From NCBI GenBank assembly GCA_965237905.1, contig OZ250172.1, positions 768,001 through 832,000 of the forward strand: DNA of 64,000 bases. Reading direction: 5' to 3'. Every line of letters begins with the position of its first letter. The stretch's first letter is position 1. Below the pieces are notes generated by a model that was given only the letters and a program-made list of their open reading frames with translations, ran no database searches and was not told where the DNA came from. This DNA is from Nitrospinaceae bacterium (lineage in GTDB: Bacteria > Nitrospinota > Nitrospinia > Nitrospinales > Nitrospinaceae). Shown in pieces: positions 58,938 to 64,000 of the stretch. The translations under genes and the position numbers were made by a program.

Positions 58938-60683
58938 ATGCGAAATCACAAATCAAAATCCAATCACACCTCCGCGTCGGCCGTCAAGGGCAGGCTGGCG
59001 ATGGTTTCCCTTGTCCTGTCGGTTTTTGGTCTCGTATTGGTAGGGCGGCTGGTTCAACTCCAAATCATCCAGCACGATCGCCTCGCGGCCCAATCGGATA
59101 AGCAGTATCTGCGAACCGTGGAAATCACTTCCGGCCGGGGCAATATCTATGACCGCAACCGCAACCAACTGGCCACCAACATCCAGGTCGAATCAGTTTA
59201 CGCCGACCCCATAAGCGTCATCGACAAAGACAACACCGCCCGCATACTCGCCAGCGCACTGGCGCTGAACCCGAGGGAGGTTCTGAAGAAATTGAAGTCC
59301 AACCGGCATTTTGTTTGGATCAAACGCAAAAGCGAAATGAATGCCGTCGAAAAACTCAAACAGTTGGATCTCGCCGGCATTGGATTCATCGCCGAAGCCA
59401 AGCGGTATTACCCGAAACGCAAACTCGCCGCCAGCACCCTCGGTTTCGTAGGATTGGACAATCAGGGCCTGGCCGGAGTCGAACATTTTCATCACGCCGT
59501 CTTAAAAGGAAATCCGCAACGATCCGTACTGGAAAAAGATGCGCGCGGGCGCTTTTTGTGGACTACCGCCTATGCTCAAGAAATCAATAAGGGAAAACGG
59601 GATGTCGTGCTGGCCTTGGACGAAGTCATTCAGTTTATCGCCGAGCGTGAACTCAAAAAACAGGTCCAGGAATACCAGGCCAAAAGCGGGCTGGCGATTG
59701 TCATGGACCCCTATACCGGCGCCATCTACGCCCTCGCCTCCGCTCCCGAGTTCAACCCGAACAACTATTCGGCCTACCCCAGGCACTTCTGGCGGAACGA
59801 CTCCGTGGCCAGCGCCTACGAGCCGGGGTCGATTTTCAAGCCGATTGTAGCCGCGGCCACTCTGGAAGAAGGCCTGGCGGGACCGGACGATATTTTTTTC
59901 TGTGAAAACGGATCGTTCAAGGTGGGCAAGTCGCGCATCGGCGAAGCGTCCAACCACCAGTTCGGATGGCTGACCCTGCGCAACATCATCGCCAAATCGA
60001 GCAATATCGGCGCTATCAAAATCGCTCAGGAACTGGGTAAAACCCGTTTCTTTGACTACATGCAAAAGTTCGGGTTCGGCGGCAAGTTGGGGGTCGATCT
60101 CCCCGGAGAAGCTTCGGGATCTTTGCAAAGCCTCTCCCAGTGGTCGGGGTTGTCTTTGGCTTCCATGTCCTTCGGCCATGAAATTGCCGTGACCCCCATC
60201 CAGATGGTTTCCGCCGTTGCCGCCATCGCCAATGGCGGGGTGCTTATCCGCCCGCGAATGACCCAAGCCATTCTCAAAAACGGAACCATTGAAAAAACAT
60301 TCGAGCCCGAGGTCATCCAGACGGTGCTCTCGGAAGAAACCAGCCGCCAGATGATCAACATTCTCAAATCGGTGGTGAAAACCGGGACCGGGGCCAAGGC
60401 CGCAATTCCAGGTTTTGAGGTGGCCGGCAAAACCGGCACCGCCCAGAAGATCGATCCGGCGACTCAAAGTTATTCGAAAACCAAATTTCTCGCGTCGTTC
60501 ATCGGATTCGTTCCGGCGGACGCGCCCCGGCTGGTCATCCTGGTGATGATCGACGAGCCGCAAAAATCGTATTGGGGAGGCGACGTGGCCGCCCCGGTGT
60601 TTCAAAAAATCGCCCGGAAAACGTTGCGGTACCTGCACATCCCTTCCAGTTTGGATCGGGTGTTTGTGCTCGACCGGGTGTAA
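58938..60683 (+). CDS. ftsI: Penicillin-binding protein 3
   Basis: RGNIYDRN, EPGSIFK (SxxK), SSN (SxN), KTGT. Confidence 0.93.
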   Translation: MRNHKSKSNHTSASAVKGRLAMVSLVLSVFGLVLVGRLVQLQIIQHDRLAAQSDKQYLRTVEITSGRGNIYDRNRNQLATNIQVESVYADPISVIDKDNTARILASALALNPREVLKKLKSNRHFVWIKRKSEMNAVEKLKQLDLAGIGFIAEAKRYYPKRKLAASTLGFVGLDNQGLAGVEHFHHAVLKGNPQRSVLEKDARGRFLWTTAYAQEINKGKRDVVLALDEVIQFIAERELKKQVQEYQAKSGLAIVMDPYTGAIYALASAPEFNPNNYSAYPRHFWRNDSVASAYEPGSIFKPIVAAATLEEGLAGPDDIFFCENGSFKVGKSRIGEASNHQFGWLTLRNIIAKSSNIGAIKIAQELGKTRFFDYMQKFGFGGKLGVDLPGEASGSLQSLSQWSGLSLASMSFGHEIAVTPIQMVSAVAAIANGGVLIRPRMTQAILKNGTIEKTFEPEVIQTVLSEETSRQMINILKSVVKTGTGAKAAIPGFEVAGKTGTAQKIDPATQSYSKTKFLASFIGFVPADAPRLVILVMIDEPQKSYWGGDVAAPVFQKIARKTLRYLHIPSSLDRVFVLDRV

Positions 60684-60747
60684 CGCAAGTCCCGAAGGTG
60701 AAGCCGGTGGTTTTCGAACCGCCCGTCGCGCCTTCATTCGAGTGTTT

Positions 60748-62250
60748 ATGGGTCAAAAACTTTTAGACCTGATCGATGGTTATCCCATGGCTGACGTAAC
60801 AGGAACACTGGACCGCGATATTTCATCCATCGCCTACGACTCCCGCAAGGTGGAGCCTGAGGGGTTGTTCGTCGCCATGTCCGGCCACCATCACGACGGC
60901 GGCCGATTTATCGGGCAGGCCATCGAAAAACAGGCCGGGGCATTCGTCACGGAAATGCCTCAAAAACAGATTGCGGAAGCGGGTTTTCAGAACCCCGGCG
61001 TCACTGCCATTCACGTGGATGACTCACGTCATGCGCTGGCCTGGGTGTCGGACCGGTTTTACGGGCGCCCCTCGGACCAACTGGATTTGATCGGCATCAC
61101 GGGAACCAATGGCAAAACCACGTTGACCTATCTGCTGGAACGGATTTTTGAAACCGCGGGGCACTCCTGCGGCGTCATCGGTTCCATCAATTACCGCTAC
61201 GGCGGGACGGAATATCCCGCTCCCATGACCACGCCGGAGGCGCTGGAGATCAACCGCATGCTTTCGGAAATGACCGGCCAGGGAATCGAGAAATGTTGCA
61301 TCGAGGTGTCTTCCCATTCGCTGGCACTTAAGCGGGCGCGGGAGTTGCGGTTTGCGGTTGGAGTGTTCACCAACCTCACGCGGGACCATCTCGATTATCA
61401 CAAAACGTTCGAACACTATAAGGACAGCAAGAAGATTTTGTTCCGGGATTGCAAAATTCAAAAACAGGTCATCAATGTCGATGATCCAGTGGGACGGGAA
61501 ATTGTGCAGGAAAGCTCCCTTGAAACCCTGACCACCGGGTTGGACTCGCATGCAGACGTGACGGCGGAGGATTGTGTTTTGTCCGAAAGCGGCATCCGGT
61601 TCACACTCAAAACCCCTTCAGGCACCCAGGCCATTCGGTCCCCTTTGCTTGGGCGACACAATGTCTACAACCTGCTCTCTGCCTCTGCCGTCGCGTTGGC
61701 GCAGGGAGTTTCCCTGGCCCACATCGGACAGGGGATTCAATCGCTGGAGCGTGTTCCGGGGCGATTCGAAAAAGTACAGCAGGGTCAGGATTTCATTGTC
61801 GCGGTCGATTACGCGCATACCGACGACGCGTTGGCCAACGCCCTGAAAGCCGCCCGGACCCTCTCCGAAAAGCGCGTGATTGTCGTGTTCGGATGCGGTG
61901 GCGACCGGGACCCGGGCAAGCGCAAGGAAATGGGGCGCGTTGCGTTGGAGATGAGCGATTTCACCGTCATCACCTCCGACAACCCCCGCACGGAAGACCC
62001 GGAACAGATCATCCGTAATATTTGCGAAGGTATTCCCGCGAACCGGAAACAGAATGAACATTACACGATCCTTCCCAATCGCAGGGAAGCCATCGATTTT
62101 GCCATTCACCGGGCGCAAACAGGCGACCTTGTGTTGATCGCCGGCAAAGGCCATGAGGACTACCAGATTCTCAATACCGGGAAAATTCATTTTGACGACC
62201 GTGAAGAAGCGGAACGAGCCCTTAAAGAAAGACGCAGTGTTAATGGATAG
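60748..62250 (+). CDS. murE: UDP-MurNAc-tripeptide synthetase (meso-DAP type)
   Basis: [41 protein letters not shown]; start at ATG 60748. Confidence 0.96.
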   Translation: MGQKLLDLIDGYPMADVTGTLDRDISSIAYDSRKVEPEGLFVAMSGHHHDGGRFIGQAIEKQAGAFVTEMPQKQIAEAGFQNPGVTAIHVDDSRHALAWVSDRFYGRPSDQLDLIGITGTNGKTTLTYLLERIFETAGHSCGVIGSINYRYGGTEYPAPMTTPEALEINRMLSEMTGQGIEKCCIEVSSHSLALKRARELRFAVGVFTNLTRDHLDYHKTFEHYKDSKKILFRDCKIQKQVINVDDPVGREIVQESSLETLTTGLDSHADVTAEDCVLSESGIRFTLKTPSGTQAIRSPLLGRHNVYNLLSASAVALAQGVSLAHIGQGIQSLERVPGRFEKVQQGQDFIVAVDYAHTDDALANALKAARTLSEKRVIVVFGCGGDRDPGKRKEMGRVALEMSDFTVITSDNPRTEDPEQIIRNICEGIPANRKQNEHYTILPNRREAIDFAIHRAQTGDLVLIAGKGHEDYQILNTGKIHFDDREEAERALKERRSVNG

Positions 62251-63637
62251 CGACTTGAAGACTTTGGTAGCCGCCGTTCAAGGAGAACGTTTGATGGGAG
62301 AACCTTCCCAAAAATTTCAAGGAGTTTCAATCAACACACGAACCCTGAAGCCCGGCGAGTTGTTCTTTTGCATCCAGGGAGACCAGTTCGACGGTCATGA
62401 ATTTTTAAACGATGCGGTCGAAAAAAAGGCGGCAGGCGTGGTGATCTCCGACCGCGCAAAGCTTAAAGAGTCTTTGGTTCAACAAGCAGGCCTCTTTGCG
62501 GTGGCGGTGCCAGACACCATTCATGGTCTCCAGGAACTGGCGGGCTACCACAGAGACCGGTTTTCGGTCCACATGATCGGCATCACCGGCACCAATGGTA
62601 AATCGACCACCAAGGAAATGATCGCGAGTGTATTGAAAATGCGATACCCGACTCTCAAAACAGAAGGCAACTTGAACAACCACATCGGTTTGCCGCTCAC
62701 TTTGCTGGAGCTGAAACCCTCCCATGAAGCGGCGGTGGTGGAAATGGGCATGAGCGGCGCGGGAGAAATCGCACGCCTGGCGGAAATCGCCAAACCCAAG
62801 ATCGGTGTCATCACCAATATTTCCCAGGCCCACATGATCCAATTGAAAACCTTGAAAGACATCCAGGCCGCGAAGAACGAATTGTTTCAGTCCTTGAGTG
62901 AAGAAAGCACTGCCATCGTCAATGCCGACGATCCGCTGGTCTATGAACTGACCAAAAAATTGCGGGCTGGGGTCATTACCTTTGGAATCGACAACCCGGC
63001 TGACGTGCGCGCCACCGATATCCGCCCCAGTGAGGATTCCGGGTATGACTTTACCTTAAACGTTTTGGACAAAGCGATTGCCGTCCACCTGCCCTTTCTC
63101 GGCCGATTCAATATTTATAACGCGCTCGCTGCCGCCGCTGTCGGTCATGCTCTGGACATATCTCCGGGACTGATCAAAACCGGGTTGGGCGTTAAGCACA
63201 AGCTCTCCCAGCGGGGCGAAGCGATCCATTATGGGGACATAGAAGTTCTCAACGACACCTACAACGCCAACCCACAATCCATGCGAGAGGCCATGCAAAC
63301 CCTGAAAGAGCACACCACCGAGGGCAGGAAGTTCCTGGTGATCGGCGACATGCTGGAGTTGGGCGAGAACGAACAGTCCGCCCATCAGCAATTGGGCAAC
63401 GAGGCCGCCGGACATGGGTTCGACTTTTTGGTCACGGTCGGGGAACTGGCAGGGCTGGCTGGAGATGCCGCCGTTGAATCGGGTATGGCGAAAGACCGGG
63501 TGCATAGTTTTAACACCCATCGGGCGGCAGCAGAATTCTTGAAGGCGACCACCCAACCCGGCGATTGCCTGTTGTTCAAGGGATCGCGCGGGTCGCATAT
63601 GGAAACCGTATTAGAAGGTTTAATGCAACAGGAATAG
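62243..63637 (+). CDS. murF: UDP-MurNAc-tripeptide D-Ala-D-Ala ligase
   Basis: [41 protein letters not shown]; start at ATG 62243. Confidence 0.95.
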   Translation: MDSDLKTLVAAVQGERLMGEPSQKFQGVSINTRTLKPGELFFCIQGDQFDGHEFLNDAVEKKAAGVVISDRAKLKESLVQQAGLFAVAVPDTIHGLQELAGYHRDRFSVHMIGITGTNGKSTTKEMIASVLKMRYPTLKTEGNLNNHIGLPLTLLELKPSHEAAVVEMGMSGAGEIARLAEIAKPKIGVITNISQAHMIQLKTLKDIQAAKNELFQSLSEESTAIVNADDPLVYELTKKLRAGVITFGIDNPADVRATDIRPSEDSGYDFTLNVLDKAIAVHLPFLGRFNIYNALAAAAVGHALDISPGLIKTGLGVKHKLSQRGEAIHYGDIEVLNDTYNANPQSMREAMQTLKEHTTEGRKFLVIGDMLELGENEQSAHQQLGNEAAGHGFDFLVTVGELAGLAGDAAVESGMAKDRVHSFNTHRAAAEFLKATTQPGDCLLFKGSRGSHMETVLEGLMQQE

Positions 63638-63645
63638 AGGAAACG

Positions 63646-64000
63646 ATGTTTTATCACTTTTTTTATCCACTCAGCTCGGAATACTCGTTCTTGAACGTGT
63701 TCCGTTACATCACGTTCCGCTCGGCGTGGGCCGGGATTACCGCGCTGGTGCTGTGCCTGCTGCTCGCTCCACACCTGATCCGCTTTTTGCAAAAACTGGA
63801 GATTGGAGAAAAAATCCGGGATGACGGACCGGAACGCCACTTGAGCAAAGCGGGAACACCGACCATGGGCGGGCTGCTGATTCTGTTTGCATTCGTCGTG
63901 TCCACCCTGTTGTGGGCGAACCTCAGCAATATCTATATTTGGGTGGTGGTGTTTGTCGCCGTCGGGTTCGGATTGATCGGGCTGTACGACGATACTTTGA
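63646..64000 (+). CDS. mraY: Phospho-MurNAc-pentapeptide transferase (5' part)
   Basis: MFYHFF...NVFRYITFR...[20 protein letters not shown]...IGLYDD. Confidence 0.93.
   Translation, partial: MFYHFFYPLSSEYSFLNVFRYITFRSAWAGITALVLCLLLAPHLIRFLQKLEIGEKIRDDGPERHLSKAGTPTMGGLLILFAFVVSTLLWANLSNIYIWVVVFVAVGFGLIGLYDDTL

Noticed and set aside
59502..60737. 411-aa minus-strand ORF
   Set aside because: Antisense shadow of ftsI

Overview
Mostly core chromosome of a Gram-negative bacterium; the gene complement resembles Nitrospinota or related deep-branching lineages (inference only). From left to right: partial SurA/PPIase-like gene, monoheme cytochrome c, membrane-fused spermidine-synthase-like protein, LRR protein, DUF58 plus BatA/vWA pair, transglutaminase-TPR-FGE fusion and flavin reductase. 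Next is a five-gene minus-strand cluster (TpsB, FecR-domain protein, short TpsA, CHASE2 adenylate cyclase, stand-alone MshEN-repeat protein), then an AmmeMemoRadiSam radical SAM gene and the nifU-like/sufBCDSU operon. An AT-richer accessory block follows (hypothetical, DUF1611, PLP racemase, small membrane protein, DUF2059), then moaA, larE, proC, yggS, atypical P-II, response regulator, histidine kinase, SprT-like protease, esterase lipoprotein, mutS2, tpx, PAS protein, PreP-like M16 peptidase, xth, the ccm operon and the start of the dcw cluster (mraZ to mraY). I found no tRNA, rRNA, CRISPR array, transposase or integrase. The best candidate for a new system is the TPS-FecR-CHASE2 cyclase-MshEN cluster: TpsA and the FecR protein each carry exactly one cysteine, at their extreme C-termini, suggesting a disulfide-tethered trans-envelope sensor wired to cAMP. 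Also notable are a four-copy structured ~65-nt intergenic element, candidate sRNAs bounded by promoter and terminator, and mosaics of short dispersed repeats.
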